A DNA stretch of 64,000 bases from Chloroflexota bacterium (GTDB taxonomy: Bacteria > Chloroflexota > Dehalococcoidia > UBA2247 > JAUWOP01): NCBI GenBank assembly GCA_030612045.1, contig JAUWOP010000001.1, forward strand, positions 26,767 to 90,766. The letters run 5' to 3'. This document shows, piece by piece, positions 48,117-58,185 of this stretch (its first letter is position 1; each line of letters starts with the position of its first letter). The notes under the pieces were generated by a model. The model was not told the origin of the DNA. It did no database searches and was given only the letters and a program-made list of their open reading frames with translations. The position numbers and the translations under genes were made by a program.

Positions 48117-49304
48117 ATGGTAGATGTACAGCACCAAGTTAAACATAATTTGATTTCCCGTCGGATAAGTCAAATTCCTCCTTCAGGCATCAGGAGATTT
48201 TTTGATATCCTGTCCTCATTAGAGGGAGTCATCTCTCTAGGGATAGGTGAGCCAGATTTTACCACACCCTGGCATATCAGGGAATCAGCCATCTACTCTC
48301 TGGAGAGAGGCAACACGATGTATACCTCTAATTTGGGTTTGTTGGAGCTACGTGAGGAGCTTGCTTGCTATCTGAGAAAAAGTTATGGGTTAAAGTATGA
48401 CCCCTGCTCAGAGATACTCATCACTGTAGGAGTGAGTGAAGCCCTCGACCTTACCCTACGAGCACTTATTGACCCTGGTGATGAGGTTATTCTATCTGAC
48501 CCAAGCTATGTTGCCTATGAGCCATGTATTATCTTGTCTGGGGGTGTTCCTGTTTTTGTACCTACTGATTCAGAGAACCAGTTTAGGCTGGATCCTGTAG
48601 AGATAGAAAGGCGGATTACTCCTAATACCAAGGCTATTCTCATTAGCTATCCTTCAAATCCTACCGGTGCAGTAATGCCCCGTGAGGGATTACTTGAACT
48701 AGCAGCAATAGCTGAGCAACATGACTTACTGGTGATATCTGATGAAATCTATAGCAGCCTTGTATATGGCGTGGAACATACCTGCTTTGCTTCTCTCCCA
48801 GGTATGAGAAAGAGGACTGTGTTGCTTGGTGGTTTCTCCAAGGCTTATGCGATGACAGGGTGGCGAGTAGGTTATGCTGCTGCCTCTGCTGAAATTATCC
48901 AGGCAATGACCAGGATTCATCAATATGCCATAATGTGTGTTCCCACCATGGGACAAGTGGCAGCAGTAGAAGCATTACGGGCAGGTGATGCAGAGGTGAA
49001 CCGAATGGTATCAGAATATGACCAACGCCGCCGTGTGATGGTTAAGGGACTGAATAATCTCGGTCTCCCCTGCATTGAGCCTCAGGGTGCCTTTTATGCC
49101 TTCCCCTCAGTAAAAAGAACAGGGCTATCTTCAGATGAGTTTGCTGAGAGATTACTACGGGAAGGGAAGGTAGCAGTAGTACCGGGCTCAGTTTTTGGGA
49201 AGTGTGGTGAGGGATATATTCGCTGCTGTTATGCTACCTCTATCGCTGAGATTAATGAAGCTCTGATGAGGATGAAGTATTTTGTGGAGAAGTTCCACAT
49301 TTAA
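48117..49304 (+). CDS. Pyridoxal-phosphate-dependent aminotransferase, class I (aspartate/aromatic type)
   Basis: ...SYPSNPTGAV...SKAYAMTGWRVGY (PLP Lys region), 395 aa. Confidence 0.85.
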   Translation: MVDVQHQVKHNLISRRISQIPPSGIRRFFDILSSLEGVISLGIGEPDFTTPWHIRESAIYSLERGNTMYTSNLGLLELREELACYLRKSYGLKYDPCSEILITVGVSEALDLTLRALIDPGDEVILSDPSYVAYEPCIILSGGVPVFVPTDSENQFRLDPVEIERRITPNTKAILISYPSNPTGAVMPREGLLELAAIAEQHDLLVISDEIYSSLVYGVEHTCFASLPGMRKRTVLLGGFSKAYAMTGWRVGYAAASAEIIQAMTRIHQYAIMCVPTMGQVAAVEALRAGDAEVNRMVSEYDQRRRVMVKGLNNLGLPCIEPQGAFYAFPSVKRTGLSSDEFAERLLREGKVAVVPGSVFGKCGEGYIRCCYATSIAEINEALMRMKYFVEKFHI

Positions 49305-49570
49305 TTCAGGAATTCCTGGTCTACCTTCCTCAAGCTGACATCTGGTTCAGTATCTAATCCCACATCCATGCGAGCTTCACCCAATGGCAGCTCCTTTCCC
49401 TCACACAGACAATCAGTGATATAGTTCCTGAATTCCCTTTCTGCGCCACAGAACCTACATACTCCCCTGCTGATAGGGCCATCCGCCCTCTCCAGCATCC
49501 AGTGATGCCGACATCGGGGCTGAGCCTCTACATCTCCTATATCTAAAACTTTCGTATCACCTTTTTCCAT
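49301..49570 (-). CDS. Hypothetical small cysteine-rich protein
   Basis: CRHHW...CRFCGAE; no family recognised. Confidence 0.3.
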   Translation of the reverse strand: MEKGDTKVLDIGDVEAQPRCRHHWMLERADGPISRGVCRFCGAEREFRNYITDCLCEGKELPLGEARMDVGLDTEPDVSLRKVDQEFLN

Positions 49571-49674
49571 TTCTGAACACCTCCTTTCCTGCCTTATTCT
49601 CCAATGGTGATATTATGCCACTGTCACCAGCTTTTGTATGTGACTTTTATCCCTCTTTACCACAGAAGTAATTG

Positions 49675-49755
49675 TTCACCCACTCTTAGGTCATTGTGAG
49701 TGAAGCGAAGCAATGACACCTGGTGAACGGTAGACGGTTTACGGTTGCGCAGCTA
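49675..49755. repeat. Family A minimal element, copy A5 (termini joined with most of the interior deleted)
   Basis: gttcacccactcttaggtcattgtgagtgaagcgaagcaatgacacctggtgaacggtagac. Confidence 0.55.
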
Positions 49756-50021
49756 GTCACGTCTAACGTTCAACGGTAACCAAAACGAGCAGCCCAACCG
49801 CAACCGTAGAACGAAAAAGGGGAATAGGATTCATGCTAGATGACTTAGCAGCTATGTTCCAATACAACACGGGCAATAACCACATTTGTAGAAGCAATCT
49901 CCACATGCCCATGCTAAGAAACAGCATCAGTACTCACTTCTACATTAGGGATTTTCAAATGGGCTCTATCCAATAACAAAAGTTGGTGGGTTTCAGACTA
50001 AGTAACTTGAGGGACAAAGTA

Positions 50022-51041
50022 CTATCTAATCTCTTCTTCGAGTCTTCTCATCCAGGTTCTTAGCAGGACTCTATCATAGATGATTTCTTCCCACACAGAA
50101 TAGGGGTCAAGCTCTCCCCTCTCCACTATTTCCAGGTAGCGGGTAAACTCCCCTCCTTCATTGATGAGCTCAGAGAATTTAGATGTAATCTTTGTTCCTA
50201 TCATATTAGTCAGCTCTTTCTTCCTCTGTTCACACCGCTTTAAGTCGAGTTTACCCATTTGCTGTAAAGCTTGGTGGTGACTTTCAATCCTCTCGTATAA
50301 CTCTTCAATACCAATGTCATTAGCCGCCTGAGCAGTAAGCGCGGGTACCTCCCACCAGGTTTGTTTGAGATTCTGGTGCAGCATTGCCTCTAATTCAGCT
50401 ACCAGATTCTCAGCACCACCACGGTCAGCTTTGTTGACTACAAAGACATCCCCAATCTCCATTAAACCTGCCTTCAAGGTTTGAATGGTATCTCCAGCTT
50501 CAGGAACTAACACCACCACAATAGTATCTACAGCTTCCATAATATCCAGCTCGGTCTGTCCAACCCCTACTGTCTCCACTAAAATGATATCCTTACCGGC
50601 AGCATCAAGGAGTTTTATCACACCTCGGACGGTCCGAGGGAGTCCCCCCTGACTGCCTCTCGTAGCCATGCTACGAATAAATACACCACTATCTAAGTAG
50701 TGCTGCTGCATTCGGATTCGGTCACCCAGCATTGCTCCACCTGAAAAAGGGCTAGTGGGGTCAACAGCTACTATTCCTACTGTGAGCCCCTTCCTCCTCA
50801 GAACAGCAGTCAATCTATCTATCAAGGTACTCTTACCACCCCCAGGGGGACCCGTAACTCCAACGACATAGGACTTCCCTGTGTGAGGATAAATAGATTT
50901 TATGATTTGAGGTGTTTCTGATGCTTCTCTCTCTACTAGCGTAATAAGACGAGCTAGCGCTAGCTGGTCACTACCCAGCATCTGCTCTACTAATTCCACT
51001 ACTGAAGAACCTCCTGAATTAGGCTGCCCGTTCCCTGACAT
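50022..51041 (-). CDS. meaB: Methylmalonyl-CoA mutase-associated GTPase MeaB/ArgK
   Basis: [19 protein letters not shown]-loop, ...DRIRM..., VVNKAD. Confidence 0.85.
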   Translation of the reverse strand: MSGNGQPNSGGSSVVELVEQMLGSDQLALARLITLVEREASETPQIIKSIYPHTGKSYVVGVTGPPGGGKSTLIDRLTAVLRRKGLTVGIVAVDPTSPFSGGAMLGDRIRMQQHYLDSGVFIRSMATRGSQGGLPRTVRGVIKLLDAAGKDIILVETVGVGQTELDIMEAVDTIVVVLVPEAGDTIQTLKAGLMEIGDVFVVNKADRGGAENLVAELEAMLHQNLKQTWWEVPALTAQAANDIGIEELYERIESHHQALQQMGKLDLKRCEQRKKELTNMIGTKITSKFSELINEGGEFTRYLEIVERGELDPYSVWEEIIYDRVLLRTWMRRLEEEIR

Positions 51042-51423
51042 TCTCTCGAATAAACTCTGCTATCTTTCCGATTGAGCTTCCCGGTCCGAAGATACCAGCA
51101 ATACCTTCCTCTTGCAGATGGGGAACGTCTTCAGGGGGGATAATTCCACCACCAATCACCAATACATCATCCCTTTTCTTCTCTTTCAACAATCCCACTA
51201 CCTTGGGGAAAAGATAGCTATGAGCCCCCGAAAGGCAACTCAAACCTACTACATCTACATCCTCTTGAAGGGCAGCCTGCACAATCTTCTCAGGAGATTG
51301 CCGCAATCCTGTATAGATTACCTCAAACCCCTCATCCCTCAAACCAAGCGTTAGAACCTTAGCACCCCGGTCATGTCCATCTAACCCAGGTTTTGCTACC
51401 AGTACCTTTATAAACCTTGCCAT
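51019..51423 (-). CDS. Methylmalonyl-CoA mutase family B12-binding domain subunit
   Basis: [19 protein letters not shown] carries the DxHxxG B12-binding motif. 134 aa. Confidence 0.85.
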   Translation of the reverse strand: MARFIKVLVAKPGLDGHDRGAKVLTLGLRDEGFEVIYTGLRQSPEKIVQAALQEDVDVVGLSCLSGAHSYLFPKVVGLLKEKKRDDVLVIGGGIIPPEDVPHLQEEGIAGIFGPGSSIGKIAEFIRENVRERAA

Positions 51424-51621
51424 TCTCTCAAATGCCCCCTTTCAGCAGCATCTTTCATCTCTACACACACATAAGATACCCTCAATTAAGTAAGCTTGTC
51501 AACCATAGGGAATGGGTTGTTAGAAAAAATTCAAAACTGGACTGTCTAAACTTGAAAACTATACTGTGTAAAGGTGAAAAGTGAACTCAGATGATACACT
51601 CCTCCATGGAAGGGGGGATGT

Positions 51622-52095
51622 ATGCAGATACATAAACGGTTCACTGCCGAGCAGGTGAAAGTCTTGCTCAAGGGATACTTGCCAGGGGACATTAGACAGG
51701 TCAGCAATTGGAGAGATCTTAGGGATCAATAAAACCAGATTCTTTGCTCTTCTAACGCAATACCGCCGGGATCCAGATAACCTTTCCCTTACTTACCGGA
51801 GGGCTGCCTCAGCTAGGCTGCCTGCTTCTGTCGAAAGGGAAATTGGGAAGGAATTGATGTTAGACAAGAAGAAAACAGCCTGTTTAGACCTTTTACCTTA
51901 CCCAAGCCATACAGCTCGACTAAGGATGTCTTCTGCTTAAGGGAGAAACGGACGGTCAATGGCTATCGGAGAATATCCCTGTTCAACCACGAAATAGAAG
52001 CGCCAAAAGCGCCACTGCGAGAGGAGGTTGAAGTTCATCTGATTCCTGATGCAGCAAGGGGGGCTTTAGAGATTCCAATATGGCGGGATAACTGA
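51622..52095 (+). pseudogene. Degraded IS481-like transposase remnant (three frameshifted fragments)
   Basis: Frame 1 MQIHKRFTAEQVKVLLKGYLPGDIRQVSNWRDL; frame 2 GINKTRFFALLTQYRRDP...RLPASVEREIGKEL; frame 3 NGYRRISLFNHEIEAP...VEVHLIPD. M-IHK-RFT plus an HTH resembles IS481-family N-termini. No intact ORF. Confidence 0.4.
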
Positions 52096-52223
52096 ATGGT
52101 GCAGTCGGTTACCTGCCCGTTAAAGGAGTTCCCAAGAGTTCACCTTTCAACTTTTCCTAACAGCTTCCGTACTGGAGGTCGTTTATATTGAACGACACAA
52201 TTAAATGTGCATACACTGGAGTT

Positions 52224-52497
52224 GTAACCGTTCACCCTGTGTCATTGCGAGCATCCGACCCGCCGCTGCGCTGGGCGGGTTATATCAGAAAGGAACTCTG
52301 AGTTCCTTAGGAGGAGTGTAGCGATGAGTAATCCCCCTTAGTCCCCCTTTAGAAAAGGGGGAGGCTTACATTCTTTTCCCCCTTTAGAAAAGGGGGACTA
52401 AGGGGGATTTGATGGAGGATGAGATTAGCCTTGCGTCTTCGCTCCGCTCGCAATGACGGGTGGAATTTCATCACCCGCAACCTAATCTAACATTGTC
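52224..52497. repeat. Family A long-form element, copy A6, with a complete family B composite (copy B5, 52330-52410) nested inside
   Basis: gtaaccgttcaccctgtgtcattgcgagc + cccgccgctgcgctgggcggg module + [B5] + gagattagccttgcgtcttcgctccgctcgcaatgac + gggtggaatttcatcacccgcaacctaatctaacattg. Confidence 0.7.
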
Positions 52498-52671
52498 GAG
52501 TTACTAAATGACCTCGAAGTTTCTTGGTTGACACCCAATTTAGGGATAGGATACTATCTATACTGTGGGTAGTTGTTCAAATCTTTGTTACAGAATTTGT
52601 ATAGAGCACAGAGGAAGTTATTACCATTCCTTTGATAAGTCTAGAGTGTTTCAGCGCGAGGAGGGCTGTCT

Positions 52672-52992
52672 ATGCCTACAGAAGTTACAAGCAGCATAGG
52701 AACCATCGAGACTGAGGCTGAGAAGATACTTGTGGAGGCTAGAGCTGAAGTCAGTAAGATTTTGCTTAAAGCTAAAGAGGAGAGCGTCAAGATTCTGTCC
52801 TCTGAATTACCCATGGATGAAACTAAGGTGGAGTGTGAGCATATTATACAGAGTGCGAGAGAAGAAGCTGGTAGAAAAGCTGAAGATTCCAGAGAAAAAG
52901 CCTCCAAAATCAGGGCTGATATTAATAACAGGTTAGAGGGAATTGTGGAGCGTATGGCAGCTATCATCGCTACTGGGGTAGACCCCAGGTGA
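52672..52992 (+). CDS. atpH: A/V-type ATPase subunit H (small coiled-coil subunit)
   Basis: 106-aa charged helical protein at the head of an H-I-K-E-C-F-A-B-D operon. Confidence 0.55.
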   Translation: MPTEVTSSIGTIETEAEKILVEARAEVSKILLKAKEESVKILSSELPMDETKVECEHIIQSAREEAGRKAEDSREKASKIRADINNRLEGIVERMAAIIATGVDPR

Positions 52993-54992
52993 TACCTGTA
53001 TTTATTAACTCCCCTGAACCCATGGCTAAGACCAGGGTAATGACAACGAAGGATTACTCTGAGAAAGCCCTTAAAACCTTGCACAGGCTTGGAGTGCTTC
53101 ATGTCGAGGAGAGTGAAGAGCTAAATCCTGTAGATAGAGCGGCTATTAGCTCCCAGCGGAGGGAAGTTAGCAAGCTATTAGCATGTATGGACAGCGTGCT
53201 GGCTTACATACCGGAGAAGGAAAGGGTGGCTCTGGGAGAGGATATTATAGTAACGTATGTTCGGCCCTTCAGTGAACTCGACAGCGAAGTAGCAGCATTA
53301 TACACCAGACTTACTAACTTGCACCAGGGAATCGTAGGGCACGATGAGGAGCTTAACTGGCTAATAGAACTAAAGAGATATTTTGGTGCTCTCGCCGGAC
53401 AAAGTGATTTTAGGTTAAAGGATTTAAGTTTTTCAGGAGGATACCTTTTCTCCCGGGTCTTTGCGCTTCCCAGCGAGATATATGAAACTTCGCATGATAA
53501 GATTAAGGGTTACCTGCTGGTAAGTAATACCGCCACTGTGGAAAATGAGACTGTTCTCTATGTAATTGCCAGGACTAAAGACCAGAAGATTGTAGAGTCT
53601 CTAGTTACAGATACCGCAGGTAAAATCCTCAAGGTACCAGATGAAGATTTAACACTGAGAGAATTTCTGGGAGCAGTTGATGGTAAGATTCACGACCTTG
53701 AAGAAGAACTGTCAAGACTCCATGCGGAGCTCCAGAGTAAGACTAGAGAGAACCTGGAGAGAATTGCCCTTCTAAGAGAAACATTGCTAGCAGAGAACGA
53801 GAGGCTCTCAGTCCTGGAGAAAGCCTGCGAAGCAAAGTATGTAACATTAGTTGAAGGATGGATTCCGGAGAGTAATGTTGAATCTGCCATTTCTGAACTT
53901 AAAGAAAATATAGGCTATGTGTTTGTTGACATCAGAGAGCCAGAACAAGCAGAGGAGCCTCCTACCAGGCTGAGGAACCCATCAGGATTTAAGCCATTCC
54001 AGAGTGTGGTAGACCTCTTCGGTACTCCTAAATACCGAGAGTGGGACCCAACACCGATAGTAGCCTACTCCTTCGCTATCTTCTTTGGTCTCATGGCAGC
54101 CGATGTGGTTTATGCTATCGGCATTATACTGGGCACAAGATTTCTTCTAGGCAAATTCGTTGATGACCCTGAAACCGATGGCTTTAAGCTATTTCAGAAA
54201 TTGCTTTATACCTGTGGTGGGGTTGCCCTGGTTTTTGGCTTGCTTACCGGAAATTACCTGGGGGATATGCCTAGTAAGTTTTTTGGAGTTGAATCACTGG
54301 CACTTGTAGAAGGGGTCCAACAAATGTTAGGAGACCCTCTGAAGTTTATTGTGCTCTCATTAGTGCTGGGTTTTATCCACGTAAACATAGCTCATCTGCT
54401 GGGGTTTATCAGGGGAGTAAGGGAAAAGGGAGTAGCGCCTGGTAAGATTGGGCTGTTTGCGCTTCAAATTGGTGGGATACCCTGGGTCATACACAACCTG
54501 CTTGGCATTGACATCCCGTTGCTGAGTACCTTAGCATACAGCATTCTTCTGTACCTTGTAGTGGTGGGCGTAATCTTGGTTATTGTTTCTTCTGTTATGC
54601 AGAAGGGTGCTTTCCTAGGAGGTATTTTCTGGATATTTGATATAACCGGGATACTAGGTGATATTATGTCTTATTGTAGAATAGCCGGGGTAGGTTTAGC
54701 TACATTTTATCTGGCATTCTGTTTCAATCTGATAGCAGACTTGATAGGAGGTGCTATCTCAGGGATAATACCCGGGGTAGTAGGGATTGTAATCAGCATC
54801 ATTGTAATGGTGGTCATATTGCTTGTTCTCCATGCCCTTAATCTATTTCTCACTGGTCTGGCGTCCTTTATACATTCACTCAGGTTATGCTTTGTAGAGT
54901 TCATGTTCAAGTTCTTTGAAGGAGGGGGCAGGGAGTATAGCCCATTTCGGCTAAGTACCAGGACATCGGTGTTGGTTAAGGGAGGAGCATGA
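52989..54992 (+). CDS. atpI: A/V-type ATPase subunit I (membrane a-subunit)
   Basis: 667 aa with a soluble N-terminal half and a C-terminal multi-TM domain. Position in operon. Confidence 0.8.
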   Translation: MIPVFINSPEPMAKTRVMTTKDYSEKALKTLHRLGVLHVEESEELNPVDRAAISSQRREVSKLLACMDSVLAYIPEKERVALGEDIIVTYVRPFSELDSEVAALYTRLTNLHQGIVGHDEELNWLIELKRYFGALAGQSDFRLKDLSFSGGYLFSRVFALPSEIYETSHDKIKGYLLVSNTATVENETVLYVIARTKDQKIVESLVTDTAGKILKVPDEDLTLREFLGAVDGKIHDLEEELSRLHAELQSKTRENLERIALLRETLLAENERLSVLEKACEAKYVTLVEGWIPESNVESAISELKENIGYVFVDIREPEQAEEPPTRLRNPSGFKPFQSVVDLFGTPKYREWDPTPIVAYSFAIFFGLMAADVVYAIGIILGTRFLLGKFVDDPETDGFKLFQKLLYTCGGVALVFGLLTGNYLGDMPSKFFGVESLALVEGVQQMLGDPLKFIVLSLVLGFIHVNIAHLLGFIRGVREKGVAPGKIGLFALQIGGIPWVIHNLLGIDIPLLSTLAYSILLYLVVVGVILVIVSSVMQKGAFLGGIFWIFDITGILGDIMSYCRIAGVGLATFYLAFCFNLIADLIGGAISGIIPGVVGIVISIIVMVVILLVLHALNLFLTGLASFIHSLRLCFVEFMFKFFEGGGREYSPFRLSTRTSVLVKGGA

Positions 54993-55008
54993 AGGTGAGG
55001 AGTAAAAG

Positions 55009-55491
55009 GTGCTGATTGACCCATCTTCTCTGGCTACATTGGGTGGGGGAGTAGCGCTAGGCGGCGGACTACTAGGTGCATCAATAGGTATAGCCATTGC
55101 TGCTTCTGCTGGGACAGCCACATTGTCTCAGGATCGCTCACAGCTCAGGAATGTAGTTATATTGGCAGCTTTACCAATGTCCCGATCTTTTTATGGGATC
55201 ATCCTGCTAATAATTATCCTCACAGTAGTAGTTCCTAAGTTAGATGCAATGTCAGGGGGTGGGGGGGGTAATGGCTTCGCTGTATTTGCCTGTGGTATCG
55301 GGGCAGCTTTGGCTCTAGGTGTCTCAGGAGCATACCAGGGCTCTGTATGTGCTGCAGGCATTTCATACTTACCTAAGACAAAGGGACGAATACTGGCTAA
55401 TGCTGTAATGTTAGCTGTGTTTGTTGAACTTATAGCTGTATTGGGGCTGGTGTTTACTATACTAGCGCTGAGTATGCTGAATCTTATGTAG
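55009..55491 (+). CDS. atpK: A/V-type ATPase proteolipid subunit K (4-TM, duplicated hairpin), copy 1; contains a G5-T-G8 tract
   Basis: Gly-rich TM helices, conserved Glu in VFVELIAVLGL. The G8 run at 55261-55268 encodes SGGGGGNG. Confidence 0.8.
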   Translation: MLIDPSSLATLGGGVALGGGLLGASIGIAIAASAGTATLSQDRSQLRNVVILAALPMSRSFYGIILLIIILTVVVPKLDAMSGGGGGNGFAVFACGIGAALALGVSGAYQGSVCAAGISYLPKTKGRILANAVMLAVFVELIAVLGLVFTILALSMLNLM

Positions 55492-55548
55492 AAAAGAGGG
55501 CTAAACTGTAGCCACCATAAGTAATCATACAATGAAGGGAGGCATGAA

Positions 55549-56028
55549 ATGGTAATTGACCCAGGGTCCTTGGCAGTTCTTGGAGGTGCTATAGCACTAG
55601 GTGGAGGCTTGGCAGGTTCATCAATAGGGATAGCCAGGGCCGGAGTTAATGGAGTAGCTACGCTGGCTGAAGAGCCGGGGCAACTCAGGAATGTTATTGT
55701 TCTGGCATCTCTACCAATGACACAAACCTTTTATGGACTTATAGTGCTGATACTTATTCTAACCACAGTAAAAGGTAATGTGGAGGCACCAGAGGCTTGG
55801 GCTGGGGCGGGTTTTGCTATATTTGCCTGTGGGATTATAGCTGCCTGTGCGGAATGCTTCTCCGGAGCATATCAGGGCTCCGTGTGTGCTTCAGGTATCG
55901 CAATGTTAACTAAAACGAAGGGAGCGATACTCACTAATGCCATGATGCTAGCAGTCTTTGTGGAATTAATAGGTGTACTAGGACTGGTATTCACCATACT
56001 GGCAGTAAGTATGCTAGGTCTCATGTAA
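55549..56028 (+). CDS. atpK: A/V-type ATPase proteolipid subunit K, copy 2 (tandem paralog)
   Basis: Same architecture; VFVELIGVLGL. Confidence 0.8.
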   Translation: MVIDPGSLAVLGGAIALGGGLAGSSIGIARAGVNGVATLAEEPGQLRNVIVLASLPMTQTFYGLIVLILILTTVKGNVEAPEAWAGAGFAIFACGIIAACAECFSGAYQGSVCASGIAMLTKTKGAILTNAMMLAVFVELIGVLGLVFTILAVSMLGLM

Positions 56029-56038
56029 GGAGTGCCAC

Positions 56039-56632
56039 ATGAATGGAATGGAGAAGATAAGCGAGGCTATCCTAGAGAAGGTGAAAGGGGATGCCCGGAA
56101 TATAGTAGCTGATGCTGAGGAAAAGGCACGTCAGGAAATAGAGAAAGCCAAAAAGCAGAGAGAGAAAAGACTTGAAGAAGAGGAGCATAAGCTAGTACGG
56201 GAAGCTAAAGAGGAGGCTGCTCGAATTCTGGCTCAAGCCTCTATAGCAGCCCGCCAGGAGTTGGTAAGGGCTAAGACTGACATGATTGATAAGGTAATTG
56301 ACAGAGTAAGAAGTGTTCTGTCAGAAACCTCAAGCAATGCAGCTACGCTACTTAGCCTGGCTCAGGAGGCTTATGATGCCCTCGGTGTCGACAAGGTCAG
56401 GGTCTATGTCGCCACCAGGGATATAGATACGACACGAAGAGCCATAGGAACGAACAAAGAGCTAGCTGAGAAGATAGTAGATATTAGAGAGTTCGACTGT
56501 GTAGGGGGATTGATAGTAGAGAGTCTCGATGGGAAAATGAGGATAGATAATACCTACGGGGCTAGGCTTGAGATATTATTACCCAAGATTCTGCCTGAGG
56601 TAAGTAATGACCTCTTTAGCCAAATCAGGTAG
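56039..56632 (+). CDS. atpE: A/V-type ATPase subunit E
   Basis: Charged helical N-terminus with a C-terminal globular part. 197 aa. Operon position. Confidence 0.65.
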   Translation: MNGMEKISEAILEKVKGDARNIVADAEEKARQEIEKAKKQREKRLEEEEHKLVREAKEEAARILAQASIAARQELVRAKTDMIDKVIDRVRSVLSETSSNAATLLSLAQEAYDALGVDKVRVYVATRDIDTTRRAIGTNKELAEKIVDIREFDCVGGLIVESLDGKMRIDNTYGARLEILLPKILPEVSNDLFSQIR

Positions 56633-56707
56633 GTAACAGATAGACACAGAGTTAGAGATAGAGAAGGTAGAGTAGTCTCTGCCTCTATCTTAATTCTCTA
56701 TCTGGAA

Positions 56708-57763
56708 GTGTGGGAGTTCATTTTGCTTGATCCAAGTAATGCATTTATATCAGCATACCTGAAAGGCGAAGAATCCAAGCTGATAACTCTTGAACATATA
56801 GATAAGATGTTATCAGCATCCAGCATCCGGGATATATTAGAAATCATCAAAGGGAGCGATATTGGGGATTACCTTCAAGGAGTCCCTATTAACACCTTTG
56901 ATGATATTGATGCATGTCTGTGGAAGTACTTGCTGAGTTGCATCGAGCATATAGAATCGTTCAACCTCCTGCCAGATGACATACGGCGGATATTGAGGGC
57001 ATACCTAGTAAAATATGATATCTCGAATGTCAAGGCTGCTTTGTGGGGTATCTCGAGCGGCAAAAAGGCCCGCATGATGCCGCTGGGTGCCATTCAGAGT
57101 TATGGAATGCTGGACAGACTCTCTCATGTTGAAAACATAGATGGCATCATTGAACTACTTACTGAATGTAGATTGGGAGATTATGCACCTATCTTGAAGG
57201 AATACGAGATAGAGGGGGAGATAAGGTCAAGGCTCATGGTTGAAGCCAGATTAGATAGTGAGTACTACAAGAACATGTTAGGCATGGCAAATGACACACA
57301 GGATGGTTTTATCCTGGCGAAAGCCTTTGGTGTTATTATAGACCTAACAAACCTGCAAATTACATCGAGAGCTATAATTGAGGGTATAGGGACTGAAGTA
57401 GCTGAATGTACCATTAGCGGTGGGTATATAATATCAGAGAAAACTATCAGGGAGCTGCTACCGCTTACACTAGCTGATATACCTCATAGATTAGAGAATA
57501 CTCCATACCATGAGGTAGCACGGGAATTATCAGATAGCTATGATAGGACTAAGAGTATTACTAGTATAGAGGAAACTATCGACAAATATGAGTTTAGATT
57601 ACTCAAGGGGGTATTATCAACATGGGTGCTATCCCCTTTAGTAGTAGCATGGTATCTGATACTCAAAGAGAATGAAATACGAAACCTAAGGCTAGTTATA
57701 AAGATGATATTTGATAGTATCCCCCTAAGTGAAATAAAGGACTATCTGGTACTTTCATCATGA
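56708..57763 (+). CDS. atpC: A/V-type ATPase subunit C
   Basis: 351 aa. Operon position between E and F. Confidence 0.6.
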   Translation: MWEFILLDPSNAFISAYLKGEESKLITLEHIDKMLSASSIRDILEIIKGSDIGDYLQGVPINTFDDIDACLWKYLLSCIEHIESFNLLPDDIRRILRAYLVKYDISNVKAALWGISSGKKARMMPLGAIQSYGMLDRLSHVENIDGIIELLTECRLGDYAPILKEYEIEGEIRSRLMVEARLDSEYYKNMLGMANDTQDGFILAKAFGVIIDLTNLQITSRAIIEGIGTEVAECTISGGYIISEKTIRELLPLTLADIPHRLENTPYHEVARELSDSYDRTKSITSIEETIDKYEFRLLKGVLSTWVLSPLVVAWYLILKENEIRNLRLVIKMIFDSIPLSEIKDYLVLSS

Positions 57764-58113
57764 TGCCTATTAGACAACTGGGTATAGCTGTTATAGGAGA
57801 TAAAGACCTGGTTAATGGATTAAGGCTAATTGGTGTTAGTAGATATTATATGATAGAAGATAGCCACAATGCCTCTGAGGATGTCAGAGAGGCTCTAGGA
57901 GAACTGATAGGTGACCCTGGTATCGGTGTAGTAATAATATTAGAAGAGTATGCCAAACATGTTGAGGATTTAATAATCCAGCTTAGAGGGGGAAAGAGGT
58001 TTGTACCAGTAATTGTTGAAGTCCCGCCAAGGGGTGGTACAACCTATGGGGATGTGGGAGAATATTACAAGGAGTTTATCAAGAGATTCCTTGGCTTTGA
58101 GATAGAGATTTAG
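57760..58113 (+). CDS. atpF: A/V-type ATPase subunit F
   Basis: 117 aa, ...IAVIGDKDLVNGLRLIGV... is typical of subunit F. Confidence 0.7.
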   Translation: MMPIRQLGIAVIGDKDLVNGLRLIGVSRYYMIEDSHNASEDVREALGELIGDPGIGVVIILEEYAKHVEDLIIQLRGGKRFVPVIVEVPPRGGTTYGDVGEYYKEFIKRFLGFEIEI

Positions 58114-58120
58114 ATAGATG

Positions 58121-58170
58121 AGGCTAAAGGTTGAAGGTCTCCTTCAGTCTTCAGCCTAGCTATCTTTTGT
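58121..58170. repeat. GGYTGAAGG hairpin element related to 37317 and to family D (agctatctttt)
   Basis: gaggctaaaggttgaagg-tct-ccttcagtcttcagcctagctatcttttg, in the gap between atpF and atpA. Confidence 0.4.
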
Positions 58171-58185
58171 TGTGGAGGCATTGAA

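Noticed and set aside
25476-52497. CRISPR array possibility for the many short palindromic repeats
   Set aside because: The repeats are nested inverted repeats of variable length, scattered singly or in mixed clusters. They are not regularly spaced direct repeats separated by unique spacers. No cas genes are present.
58121-58170. Riboswitch or leader peptide upstream of atpA
   Set aside because: The hairpin is the stem-only relative of the 37317 element and shares the agctatctttt motif with family D repeats. More likely a repeat or intercistronic stabiliser hairpin.
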